DNA from: Octopus bimaculoides
Taxonomy: Eukaryota
Length of the DNA: 45,589 nucleotides
Reading direction: 5' to 3'
Assembly (NCBI RefSeq): GCF_001194135.2
Contig: NC_068982.1
Location: 130,678,808 to 130,724,396, forward strand
The notes under the pieces were generated by a model, which made no database searches, was not told the origin of the DNA, and saw only the letters and a list, made by a program, of their open reading frames with translations. Shown here piece after piece: positions 9,591 through 22,540 of this stretch; the stretch's first letter is position 1; each line of letters begins with the position of its first letter. The position numbers and the translations under genes are program-made.

Positions 9591-12500
9591 ACTGTAATAT
9601 TGAATATATTATTCAGAGTTATTCAGAGCAATCGTCTTCATTTTAAAATCATATTTCTGTAGAACAGACAGGGAAGCTGCTAAATATCAGAAGTAGCATA
9701 CACTAGAAATGTAAAAAGAATGAAAATAATATATAATTAAAAGGAAACCATACAAAGAATAAAATGATAAAAATAGTGACTCACGAAATGGAAATGCTAA
9801 ACACAAAAAGATTTATATCGAATAAAACAACCATTATTCTTGGTGAGGGAATTTAATCCAACGCCTAAATTTTTCCAATTATTTATCAGTGTACGGCATC
9901 ATTTTTGCCTGATATTTACTGAGAAAACATTCAAATATTTCACTTCAAAACGCACAGGCTGCCGGAAGGAGAAGGCTTTCCATATTATTATGAAGTAACT
10001 TCACGTTTATTACCGTCATTAAAAATAATGAGCGAAAAGTCTTGCGAATGTCAAAAAAGTGACTTACACGCATCGTTACTCTTCGTTTTGACTGAAAAAT
10101 TATGTAAGAAATTGAAGACTCTAACGAACACTAAACTATATCCTATTTATTAACCGTATTTTCAGAGGTAGATTTGAAATGTCTGAGTTGTTATGACGTA
10201 TACAATTTTTTTTATTGCCCGTCTATACTTTTTTTACTTAGGCGTCGAATTAATGCTCGACCATGTTAAAGTAAACTAATAGAAATTTAAGCGGATGTTC
10301 TATCAGCATGATTAGTTAATGTTTTAAGGAACTGTCACAAATATTTTCCCACCAATTCTTTTACTTATATTCAATTTTCAGCTAACTAGAATCTGTTAAA
10401 TATAATTTATGCTACACATCCACCCTCCTTTATGTATAGATACGTGTTTTGCTTAAAGCATCGTATAAACAGATTTTTTTGAGACCCAGATTTTAAGTAA
10501 ACGTTGCTTTCGTCTTGACTGGAGACAATATTTAACAACTGTCCTTGAAGACAGACAAATGTATGCAGAAGCATAACAGGAAATATAACATTGAAATACA
10601 AACCTTGTTGATGTAATGCCGATTTTCTGTAAGCTATACAATTACAGTTTGTCTACTACTACAAATGTGAAAAATCAGTGAAAAACATCAAAACATCATT
10701 AATTTAATGAAGTAAGAAAGAAATAAAATAATTTATTTGTTAATTATTATTTTTAGAATGAAAATATATTGCTTTTCATCTAAAATACAATTACAGTTAA
10801 TTATAATTTCTTACTTTAGCAAAAAGGTCATGCTGTTGGGACATTTTTGTAAAATTAGTATTTACTTATCGACACCGAGTGGGTGAAAAGAAAGTATTAA
10901 CTTCGGGGCCATTTGAAAGGGGGCTAATCCCATACCCTAAGGCATTTATTCTGGTACTCTACTGCTTCTTCCACTCAACTGCAGTAATAGGAACTTCTCA
11001 CATTCACACTACTTGAGTGGTACTTATTTTATCGACTGCGAAGCCTAAGTTGAAATCAAACCCCTGTTAGAATATGAAATGAAAGTGGAAAGGTATGCAA
11101 ATAAACACTGCATAGTATTAAGTGTAGCTCTCTAGCAATACAGGCAATTATCCTATAATATTTACTTTATCGCAGTGTCAACACACATGAGGGAAGGTTA
11201 TAAACTTCTACGATATTGACGAAGACAAATTTGTTAACATTTTTAAGCTCCTTTCAGTATAAAATACTAGACGGATGCATTATCCTTGGGTCAAATTCTA
11301 ACAGTATACAAAGGTGACACACCTCTGCTTCACGAAAGTCTTAGAATGTATATCCATATGCACCCAAAGAAACAAGGAAGCTTTAGACAATGGATGCTCC
11401 ATTGATATATGGATAAATAGAATTGTGTCCCTAGTCATTGATACTAAGGCTGAAACCATGACTAAAAACAGACTGTACGCTTCACACGCGTGATTATAAG
11501 CTGGTTCCGTTATGTATGGAATGGTGTAACAAAAGGATCACAAAAGGAGATATAAATGGCTACATTAATCTTTGGCTTATCATTGACTTTTAGGCACTGT
11601 ACGAAAAGGTAGTAAGCGCCGAGATGATACGGAATGAGCCATGTTTGGCTGTAAATTTGCATAGAGATTCAAATACCGATGACACCCTAAGATCACATAA
11701 CAATCAGATTGCTTTGGGCGCAGAGTGAAAATGATAAAAAATGGTGGTGCATAGGCAAAAGCTCAGTTGTGTAAAAGTAAAAATTCCTTTGAGAGTCTCC
11801 ACCCAGAGGAGCTGGAAAGGCAGAAGAAAAGAAAAGGCAGACGATAACGGAGACAGCAAGAGCAATCCCTTGAAGCTAATGTTTCAAGTGCATTCCAAGT
11901 TGTAGCTCTGAGTATCGTGAAATAAATCGCAAGATCCCCAGTCCTAGGAATAGACGAAAAGACCATTAACTGTAGCCATTCTGACCACGGCCTGAAGTAC
12001 CATCCCTAAATCGTAAGAAGTTCTCGGAGCAAATGGAGAATGTGCAGACGCGATAACCTGACCAGATCAACAAAGTGAGGAGAGAAAAGATACTCTACTC
12101 ACAACAACCCTCGCTAAAGAAAAGTAAAGCTGAGAGCAAGTAACATATACAATGATAAGCCCATCTTAACTTGGATATTTACGAAACCCTCAATCTTTTG
12201 ATTTGGTAACAAGAAATTTCTGAACAATTTGAAAGAATAAATGCGTCGATGGGCTTCGATTATGTGGAATATGTTAATAACAACAAATCTAACAGTCTAC
12301 AAAGTTATGACTTTGTTATCAGAAAGACGTGAGACCATTTTCGTTCGATCCATATTTAAATTGCTCAAGAACACTTTTCTATCTGAAACGTTTGAGTCCA
12401 TATGAAATGGAGTATAATCAGGACCACCCGTTAGCTGATGAAATCCGGGTAGTGGGTTCCCCCCCCCCCATGTGTGGATGAGTTGCATTAATTGATTTCT

Positions 12501-12779
12501 TTTGTGTTCACTTATCTATATTAATGTATAAGTATAATTATTTACTTTGTGTAACTTGTTTATACCTATTTATTTATAACTATTTAACATCTCGGTATGT
12601 CACATAACCACAACTTTCGTATTTGTAGAGTTATATACATCTCTGCATGTCTTTTAAATCCCTCTTTGTCACATGATGCCGTTCCATGTATGTATGTATG
12701 TATGTATGTGTGTATATATATGTGTGTGTGTATATATATGTGTATGTATGTATATATACATATATTGATATATATATAT

Positions 12780-12941
12780 TGTTGTACTTGGGGATGGTCA
12801 TATTGCCAGTTTAGCCAATAAAAACACACGCACTGTATATTTGGTGTTAATTTGCTTCAGCTTTATATTACATTAATCTTAATCTTATTTCGGCCAGAGT
12901 TCTTTCGTCACACTTCTGTGACCTCATCAGTGGTCCTTTGT
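12780..12941 (-). mobile_element. Penelope-like pseudo-LTR fragment, same family as 2182-2430; truncated by an N gap
   Basis: GGGATGGTCA...GCCA...ATAA..ACAC..GC.CT.TATATTTG and TC(T)TTCGTCACA..TCTGTGA..TC.TCAG are shared with 2190-2350; carries the hammerhead at 12891-12936. Confidence 0.6.
12891..12936 (-). ncRNA. Minimal type I hammerhead ribozyme
   Basis: Minus strand reads GGACCA [CUGAUGA 12930-12924] G GUCACA gaag UGUGAC [GAAA 12906-12903] G AA C [UC 12898-12897] UGGCCG. Stem II is a perfect 6 bp; stem I is CCA/UGG plus one more pair after a mismatch; stem III is 2 bp. Confidence 0.7.
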
Positions 12942-13065
12942 NNNNNNNNNNNNNNNNNNNNNNNNNNNNNNNNNNNNNNNNNNNNNNNNNNNNNNNNNNN
13001 NNNNNNNNNNNNNNNNNNNNNNNNNNNNNNNNNNNNNNNNNNNNNNNNNNNNNNNNNNNNNNNNN

Positions 13066-13100
<35 letters not shown>

Positions 13101-15124
13101 ATCATGTCATACAATATTAAAGTTATTATTGTTTTATTGCTGTTATAGTTTAGGTTTACTGTTTATATATACATACATAAATACCGCCACACATACATAC
13201 ACACACAGAAACACATACACACACATATACATAAATACATACACATACATTACATACACATATATTATATCTATACACACACATATATACATACATACAT
13301 ACATGAATGGGGGTGGAGAGAGTGAGATGCATTTGTATTTGTGTGAGTCAGTGTATGAAACTGTGTGTATTGTGTATCTACGTGCATGCACCCTATGTAC
13401 ATACATGATGTTTGTCTGCAGCCAATAGACCTTCAAACACCCACTGGAAAGACACCCACATGATCTAAAATTCATAATTTATTTTCACTTGGGAAAATGC
13501 TGACCCATGATAGATTGTATCATTGAATTTCACCTAGTGGAAAGTTCCATAAATCTTCGTGTTATTTTATTTTATTTATTTAGTAATATTTTTTTTATGT
13601 ATGGAATATAGAGTCGTTGTTATATTTGATGTTGCCGTTTGTTGATACTGTTGAGATATGTCACATCCTGCAATGCGTTCTCTTCCCACTCATATCAATT
13701 ATCTTTTCAGTTCTAACATGTATTTTTGCTTCATTTTGTTTTTTTTGTGATCTCAGTTTCTCTTTAAGCTTTTCGTCCGTTATTTTTGTTTCGTTTGCAA
13801 AAGAGACCAGCCATATATGTCACAATTAATAGTATTGGATTATTTATCAGATGTCCTATCAAATACACTTGCCCTTATTAACACATAAAATTGATGTTTT
13901 TAATGGCATAGTAAGATGAAGACAAGCAGTTCCTATGAGTATTTTAAGGGCCTCCCTGTCTTTTGGGAATCAGAGAGACAGTTACTCTTAGACCGGAGGC
14001 CTGCTTACAGCATAATAGACCACGCTAAAGGCATCAGAGAGCTATGTAGTCGTGTTAAGCGATAGATGGATTGTGTAAGATTTAACGTCAGGATTCCGTA
14101 CGTATTGCAATTCATTATAGGAAGAGCCTGACTGGATAAAATCGTTTTGTAATTCTAATGTTTCATTTCTATCTTCAGGTTGTGACTATACAAGAATATC
14201 TACTTCATGGGTTTTAGATAATTATTTCGACCTCAGCACTTAGTTCATTTATTATTTTTATTCGTGGCATCGATTTTGTTTGGTCATTCCTTACTCCCCT
14301 TCCCCAAAATACGCACACATATATATATACATGAACAGTGGGGAGAGAGAGTGAGAAGCATCGACTCGATACCATAGTGAAATATATGTGAAATATACGA
14401 TTGAGAAGGGAATTTCTTCAACAGACGCCTATGTCTTCATCCCTACATTTTAAACATTATAACTCACATTAATCTAATCAGTATAGTTCTAGGACGAAAA
14501 TTCATCGATTATTTAATATCTTCTCCATTTAGATGGCGATAAACATTATTCCTCTCCTTTTAGTTTTCCGTTAAAATGTTTAACATTTAAGATGATTTGC
14601 TAACCGCATAACACATAAAATTAATACCTAAAATAATTTTAGATTTCCAGTTTTCTAATATATTCTGTGATTCAGAAGTTCACATTTATATGCTAGTATA
14701 TTTGTCAGAGTAGGAGTAAATTGCACTGAACTGCAGATAAATACGAAAGGCCTGTCTATTCATTTAATGAAAATGTTTTTCGAGACCAGACCTCGTGATT
14801 CGTTTGTTATACACAGAAGTATACAGATTCTCTTTACATAATATATAATTTATAGGACGTTGGAGTTTTGTTTTTTCTGTGTCACATGCGGTTTGTTTTG
14901 AAATATTATGCATCTTATACAATGACTATATTGTTTACACTAATAAGTGATTTATAATTGCATTCATGATTACCGAATATAAGATAACCGATAAAGTATT
15001 ATATATATATATATATATATATNNNNNNNNNNNNNNNNNNNNNNNNNNNNNNNNNNNNNNNNNNNNNNNNNNNNNNNNNNNNNNNNNNNNNNNNNNNNNN
15101 NNNNNNNNNNNNNNNNNNNNNNNN

Positions 15125-15159
<35 letters not shown>

Positions 15160-15899
15160 TTTTATTGCTTTACGTCGGTGGGGAGTTTATTTCCCTAGAC
15201 AAGAGAAGAACGTGATTTAGTTCAAACTCGCAGATTTTGAGTTCGAAATACATTGAAGATGACAATGATGTACTAAAGTAAGAGTTCGAGTAAATAAATA
15301 CGAGTCATTGCTATTATAGGTAACACAAAATCAGACATACAATCATGATGTAACTTCAATAATGATCTTCTCAATTATTGCAAATTAGGAACTTAAATTT
15401 TAGTACAAATTTTGCCTTCGTGTCCTTCATAAAAAAAACAAAAAACAATAGGGTGTGATTTAAGATCACATCGACTTGATTCCTATTTTTTAAATACTGA
15501 AACTCAATGGATTTAATGAACAGTTTATGGATGTCCGGAATATCTAAATTTTAATTTGTCGGCTTTATACCATTTGTATACAGTTAGCTATTGACTGATA
15601 AAGGAAAACATGTCCACTGCTTGTAGTTCTTGTTACTGTTGCTGCTGTTTTACCTAAGGTCAGTTTTAATATAGCAAACCCATGATCAAAAACATTCTGG
15701 TCATGACCTTCCTGTCCATTTCCCAGATTAATATATCTGTATATAAATATATTTTCTTATGTGTCCATGTGTTCGTCCCTTTTCAAGACGATACGGTGAT
15801 TTGAGAAAGTTTTAATAAGTGTCGCCAATTTGCCTGTTTCTCTGTTCAGCTCTTTCTCTGCCTCTCACTCTCTCTTCTCTTTCTCTACCTCTCTCTCTT

Positions 15900-15977
<78 letters not shown>

Positions 15978-16595
15978 GCGCTTATAAATTTTTATATACT
16001 GTACCTTAAAATCGAACGGTTAATTTAAAACTCGGATATTACTTTTGAAAGTTGATCGCCTCTTATTATAATAAGGCTGGCGCATCCCATGAAAGCAACT
16101 ACAATAGCTAGCTGCTACCAATGAAGTCCAGTTTGAATTTAACTAATAATTCTGAATCAACATAGTAAAGCTTGAGAATAAAAAAGAAAAAAAAAAGAAA
16201 TGGAAACTATTGAGATATATTCGCAAGTGACCGAAAAGGTCCCTGCATGAAATGACTCTGGAATTGTAGTCAGTTCGTAACTTTTCACGTTGAATCTGAT
16301 TTGTTATTGACTTGCTCCAGAAAAATAGTAGAAAAATGTTACATAGATTTAAAATTTGATAACTTTTACAAAACCAGAAAACAGGATTTAGAAGCTGGCA
16401 TTTTGTCCGTGATGACAGCATTACGACGACTGATGACAACAATAGTATGACTGGTGACAACGTTACAACGTCAAAACATTCAGTTATGGAAGTTTTGATA
16501 AGTTTTAATGAATAAAATCATGTGAACTGTTGGAACAGACATGTAATGCGAAAAATTACAAAAAAAAAATAAAAACTGAAACTGAGCATTAAATT

Positions 16596-16634
<39 letters not shown>

Positions 16635-17312
16635 GCAGTTAATTCATTTAAAAAATTATTTTGTAGCTTGAAACTTTAAATTACGAAAGAACAAACTGTA
16701 GTTCAGTTCATGCAACGACCAAACTGCTGGAAAAGACAGTTAAATCTCCTCTCAAACGTCATAAAATGAGGGAAGACGAACTAGATACCTCTAAAACTGT
16801 TGTTTTATGCTCCTTTTGATCATAGGTCTGCCTGATCAACCGCATCTCCACAGTTTCCAATTTCTCCATCATATACGAAAGGTTGTACGAGTTGACTCAG
16901 ACAGGTAAACAGACTACACAACAGCTTGGCTTGTTACTTTGGCTAAAATTACCTCAAATATGCAAAGCATTTAACTTTTTATTGATTAATGTAAGGCAAA
17001 AATGAATTTCATTTCCCTAATTAGCATACAATATTACACCAATGCACCAAATTTGAAATCAGTTGGAACAAAACTGAAGGAATTGAAAAGTGAAAGTCAA
17101 ACAGAAAAGATCCTCTATTTCAAATAATTTCAATTTTTACCTCACAATAGGTATCAACTAGATTTGTTGAGGGACCTATGAAGTAGGCACCGAAATAAAT
17201 ATCATATGTGGATCAGGTGAAATTCAAAAGTTTGGAGGACAATATTTGCACACTCTTAATAAAAATGCAGCTGTGTTGGTCTGTTTATTCTCTCACTCTT
17301 TCTTTCATTTTG

Positions 17313-17526
17313 TCTGGCAGAATCGTTAGTACGCCAACCAAAATACTTCGGGGCTTTTCTTTCCGGCTTTATGTTCTGAGTTCAAGTTCTACTGAGGTCG
17401 ACTTTGGCATTCATCCTTTTGGGGTCGATAAAATAAGTTCCAGTTCAGTACTGAGGCTCAATGTATTCGACTAATCCCATTCCGGAAAAATTTCAGGCCT
17501 GGTGCCAACAGTAGAAAGGATTATTC
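17313..17526 (+). mobile_element. tRNA-derived SINE (family C)
   Basis: CTGGCAGAATCGTTAG...TTCTGAGTTCAAG...GAGGTCGACTTTG...GGGGTCGATAAAATAAG...AGTAGAAAGGATTATT. Confidence 0.85.
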
Positions 17527-18044
17527 ATTTATTTAGTTAATTATTTATTTTTGATTGGATCTGATAGAATCAGAGATCATATTTACTACTGAACTGTCAC
17601 GTTGGATTTTTATTTGGCAACCCAACCCCCAAGACACACATTTGCTCTGAGTTTCTAGTTCCCTCATGTTATCTCAAAAGTAAATATTAACGACTAGGTT
17701 TTTAAATCCACGCACAGACGCAGACACGCATTTCTCATTGGAAGGAAGCTGTAAGGATAGAAAATGGACAGCCGTGTTGAATAAAATTAAGATCGTTCCA
17801 AACTTTTTCAACTTGTCTAACATCATCGTGAAGAAAAGAAAAATATGCATGCAAACCTGATTCACTTTACTTACATATCTTTATAAATCCCGGTTTGTAA
17901 CACGATGTTGTTCCATATATTCACGAATGTATGTGTGTATGTATGCATATATATTGATATAAACATATATTCGCGCACACACACACACATATAGATATAT
18001 GTATATATATATATATATATACACGTATATATTACACATTCATA

Positions 18045-18703
18045 CACACCACATCTGATGCTTCTTATTCTCAATTTTTCTCTCAAGACACGCTCTGTCG
18101 CTCATGCGCACTGACATTGTACATCCAGTGAAGCGTACAAGCTTCATTTCTTTTAAGCCATCACGTGTCCTCTACGGTCACAGATCACGCGTCCTTGCCG
18201 TGGAGCATGGCTGTTCGCACATAGGCAACATACAATCTGCCTTTCATTCTGAGGGAGAGGCTCTTTGTTACAAAGAGAGGTAGAAGCTCTCTGAACTTTA
18301 TCCAGCCTATTCGTATTCTAGTAGCTACGATCTCGGAGCACCCGCCTCTACTGTTGACTTGGTCACCTAGATAACAGAAGTTATGAACTACTTCTAGGTA
18401 TACCACATGGCATTTGTTTGTTTACATTTCTAGTATTTATTGTACCTGTGCGTCTGCTACACGCAAAGGCTATTTTCTTTGTTAACCTTCTTCTTATATT
18501 GCTGCACCTCTTATGTGTCCATAGCTTGCACCGGGTGCATCTAATTGAGTTTCTACCTACGCTTTCCTACATATCGAGCAGGGCCATCTATCCGAAGGGA
18601 TTTGTGACTTATCCGCTTTACTATTTATTAAATCTTTGGTTTTTGCTAAATTAACTCAAAGGCCCTTCAATTCTAGATCTTGCTTCCTCCTGGAATTTTT
18701 TCA
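18045..18703 (-). mobile_element. RTE-clade LINE fragment, C-terminal part of the RT ORF, decayed
   Basis: Minus-strand translations: KGL*VNLAKTK; WPCSICRK..GRNSIRCTRCKLWTHKRCSNI (Cys-rich segment); LEVVHNFCYLGDQVNSRGGCSEIVATRIRIGWIKFRELLPL (the RTE F.YLG and RI..GW.KFREL motifs); REKLRIRSIRCGV. Frameshifted. Confidence 0.85.
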
Positions 18704-18817
18704 GATAGATAGATAGATAGATAGAGAGATAGATAGATAGGTGGGTGGGTAGGTAGGTAGGTAGGTAGGTAGGTAGGTAGGTAGGTAGGTAGGTAGGTAG
18801 GTAGGTAGGTAGGTCGG

Positions 18818-18889
<72 letters not shown>
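18703..18889. repeat. Compound microsatellite (GATA)n-(GGTA)n-(GATA)n
   Basis: Read directly; abuts the 5'-truncated end of the RTE fragment. Confidence 0.95.
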
Positions 18890-18993
18890 GACAGTATATA
18901 GGCAAAGAATGTTATTCAAAACTTAGCAGGTTATGTATGTGTATGTGTTTCTCAGGATATGATTCTGATCTTTTCCTGGAATACTTCGTCTGA

Positions 18994-20299
18994 ATCAGGC
19001 TGAGTAAAAAGTAAACAACGTTTTGAAACATTAAATTCATCACAATATATTTCAACAATGTGGAAATTTTAATCATCAAAGTAAATACCATTACGATCAA
19101 CACATTTTTGTCAACAAGTTACACGTTTGTTTGTTTTTTTCCGGTAACATAAAAATCTGGAGTTTTGGGGCTGAAACTCTTTGAACGCACTTTCAGCATC
19201 GGTTTGATTTTTGAACTTCTTCTCTCGCAAGAAACCATCAAGGTGCTTGGAAAAGTGATAGTCGGTGGGAGAAAGGTCTGAGGAATAAGCTGGATGGGAA
19301 AGAACTTCGTAGCCAAGTTCCCTCAACTTCTGGAGTGTCATTAGTGAAACGTGTGGTCAAGCATTGTTATGGAGAATGATTGGCCCTCTTCTGTTGACTA
19401 GTCTGGGACGGAGGAATAGTAGTTTTTCGTTCATTTTGGCAATTTCATGGCAATATGTTTCTGCAGTAATGTTCTGTCCGGGTTTTAAGAAGTTATAGTC
19501 GATGAGTCCAGCAATACACCACCAAACAGTCACCATAGCCTTCTTTTTGCAGAACTCGGGTTTAGAGAAGGTTTTCGAAGTTTCCAGTTGTCCAACAACT
19601 ACCAAGAACGTTTTTTTTATTATTGTATAGGATCCACTTTTCATCGCAAGTAACAATACGGTCGAGAAATGGATCGGTCTAGTTACAGAGAAGAATCGAC
19701 GAGCAAATTTCATATCTGTGCATTTTCTGATTTTCATTCAAATCGAGTGGTACACATTTGTCGAGCTGTTTTGATTTTCCGATCGCATGCAAATGTTTTC
19801 AGGCAGTTTTCTGGCTAATTTGAAGTTCTTTTGCCATCTCTCGAGTGGTTTTACGTGGATCTTTCTCAATGACGGTCTTTAATTGACCGTCATCGATGAC
19901 AGATGGGCGTCCACTACGTTCACGATCTTCAAGGCTCAGGTCTCCACTGCGAAATCGTTTAAACCATTTTCGAGTTGACCACTCCCTGGTCATTTCCTCA
20001 CCAAACGTTTCGTTGATATCACGAGCAGTTTCAGCTGTTTTACGTTGTTTTTTTGAAGTCGGATGGCAAAATTGCTCGAATATCGCGCTTTCACAGTTCT
20101 ATTGTAACAACGGTGAGAAAAATATCAGTGTTAATTTATTGATGCGTTTGGGGAAGTCTATGGCTGTATTATCGGACAATTGCAAAAAAAAAAAAATAAA
20201 TAAATAAATAAAAATGTCGAAAAAATTCAAAACTCTGCAAAAAGTCCGGTACAAATTCTTTATGATTCAAAACGTTGCTTACTTTTTACTCAACCTGAT
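18994..20299 (-). mobile_element. Full-length (about 1.3 kb) decayed mariner transposon, Hsmar1/SETMAR-like
   Basis: About 34-bp terminal inverted repeats with 2 mismatches: ATCAGGCTGAGTAAAAAGTAAACAACGTTTTGAA from 18994 and its complement ending at 20299. Transposase pieces WFKRFRSGDLSLEDRERSGRPS, CVPLDL (WVPHEL-like), FLDRIVTCDEKWILYNN, IILHNNA and HPAYSSDLSPTDYHF. Frameshifts and stops; TA duplication mutated. Confidence 0.95.
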
Positions 20300-20479
20300 G
20301 TCTTCAGCCATCTATAGATCTTTTTAACTGAAGAATTTGTATGAACGGAGATATATTTATATTCCAATTTCTATATAGCAATAGATGTTGTTGAGGATTT
20401 GAACAAATTAAATGCTTTTAAGACTGAATAAGAAAAGTGACTGTAGATGTGACTTTACGTTGTATAGTTATTCCCCCTC

Positions 20480-20537
<58 letters not shown>

Positions 20538-22299
20538 TCTCTCTCTCTATCTATTTATTTATTTATTTATTTATTTGTCTATTTATCTAGTTCCCTTTTC
20601 AATAGGATTTGTTTCTGATGCATATATTTTTTCTGTTGCGTTACATGGTAGCGACTTGCATGTTTGTGTGTATATCGTATGCCTATATATATATCTGGGG
20701 GTGTGAGCGTATGTGTGGGGGCGTATGTTATACATATATGTAAATATATAAAGGCAAGAGTTTGCTAAATTGATAGAAATTTGCCGTGGGAAAAATATTG
20801 TCAGGACTTGAATTTTAGGCAGAAATTTTAGAATGTTGAAGAATTTTACAAGAGATAGATCTTAACATAATATTAAACCATTTCTACTTGAAGAGCCCGG
20901 TGGGTATATAATTCGGTATAGCTTGACATATATGTTAGTGAAGCCTTTGAAATTGAGAGAGCTTCAAGCTTCATGTAACAAAAATATCAAGGAATATATA
21001 TGCAAAAACTGATGTTTGAACGAGTTAAGTAAATGAAATATCTATTTCTGGCAACTGTTAAAAATAAGATTGCATAGAAATTGAAAGCGAAGTAAACCAA
21101 AAGAGGTGGGGGTTAATATACGCGCTCATAAAATGTTTATTGGTAAAGCATCTGAACGTCATGAAGACAGAATGTATCAATGTCGCAGAATATGGTTTAT
21201 CTAGTTTTATCATTGTTAAGATTTACGTCCTAAATTCAAAACCTGGTGATTTCGACTTTGCCTTCCTTTATTTCGGATTCAATAGCACCAGTGATCAATT
21301 GAATTGTAAAATATTTTGTGGCCTTGTGACAATGTTACAAATTATTTCCACACTAAGTTTTGATGCTAGAAACACTTGCTCTGACAACAGCAGAAGCATG
21401 AATATCAGAGCAATAATATAGAAGAGTCTGCGCCTCTTGCAAGAGTAACGAAATTAATCAAACATAACTACTTAGAAGAAAGTTGATTTATCTGGGATGC
21501 TTCAAAACGTGCTGCGGATATACGACAAGACCGTATATGATCATGTCTTCAGAGCACATGGAGAAAACTACCAGTGCAGTATGATAAGATTCGGCGCGTG
21601 GAAAGCGCCAGGAATGTCAAGGCTAAGAATATTTGAGAAGGGTACAGGGATATAGAATGACCTTGACCTTGACATATGTGCGAGCTGTTATAAGAGGGTG
21701 GATTCGGAAGTCCTCTCAGAAGTTCACTTTCAGGAGCATTCCACCGACCTGTATGAGAAAGAAAAAGCTGCGAACGTGAATGTGTTGGATGTGTTGATAG
21801 AATTGATCATGCGGTAGCCTACGGCATGCGTTGTTCTAGAGGAATAAGACATAACACAACATGTAACGAAAAGGCGGCAGGAAAACTGGAACCGAAATCT
21901 CGATACAAGTACAATCCAAACATCTGGACAAAGTAAGAACCAAAAGATTTCTCAGAGAGCACGCAATTGTAAGTCTTGGTGGAAAGCAGAAAACCTAGAT
22001 GACACACCTGTGGTACCACTAACCGCTCGAGAGTCTTCGGCCTAAAATAGGGGCGACAAGACGAAGCAGTTTCTATGTGTGTAATCCCACAAATAACAAT
22101 ACAACTCTAAAACAGACATCAACAACGGCAATTTGAATCAAAGGCAAAAGCATCAGAAATCAGAACATCAACAGCAACGGAAGAATTAATAATTGTAGCA
22201 ACAACGACAGAACTGCAGAAACCATAAAAGAATTTAATGACAGTTCTAGCATAATCACAAATTCAGATAACAGCAACTGAGTTACAGTTGGCGATAAAT

Positions 22300-22540
22300 G
22301 GCTGGACGAATGATGAATCACCCATCTTCGATGATCGGCCCCGCCATCTTTATGTATGCATGCCAGAAGTGTTCACCGACATCTTGGCAGACACCTAGCC
22401 TAACTAGGATCAGAACGGAAAAATCTCCAGCTTTGTGGGCGGGGGAACAGTAGCAGTAATAGTAATAAAGGGTACGTACAAGGGAGATCTCATCGATAAT
22501 TTCTGACCCATAACTCTCTTAAATGCTGAATTCTATAAAT
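22300..22540 (+). mobile_element. L1/Tx1-clade LINE reverse transcriptase fragment, within a larger decayed repeat block at about 21420-22860
   Basis: Translation YVCMPEVFTDILADT*PN*DQNGKISSFVGGGTVAVIVIKGTYKGDLIDNF*PITLLNAEFYK matches the non-LTR RT motif N(F/Y)RPI(T/S)LLN.DYK. The flanking GC-richer sequence could not be assigned. Confidence 0.7.

Noticed and set aside
11130-12480. GC-richer block that might be an LTR-retrotransposon integrase remnant
   Set aside because: Only scattered weak resemblances (DNG, HP) in the wrong order; no LTR, PBS or PPT could be defined. Probably a decayed repeat, left unclassified.
5136-14240. Plus-strand Cys-rich exon chain (5136-5183, 5768-5829, 8264-8358, 14179 onward)
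   Set aside because: Phases can be made to fit, but several splice sites are weak, Cys/Tyr richness is typical of random AT-rich translation, and no domain is recognisable.
14215-14240. Minus-strand CUGAGGUC-GAAAUAAUUAUC, hammerhead-like
   Set aside because: Lacks the G8-A9 core and stem II, and stem I does not pair.
16143-16460. Signal-peptide-like minus-strand ORF (SPVILLLSSVVVMLSS...)
   Set aside because: It starts at TTG with no in-frame upstream ATG, and the hydrophobic run derives from degenerate GAC/GAT/CAA triplets.
18980-20312. Removing the mariner rejoins CUGAAGA...GAAG.UAUUC on the minus strand
   Set aside because: GAAG instead of GAAA, no stem II and uncertain junction bases; too weak to call a split ribozyme.
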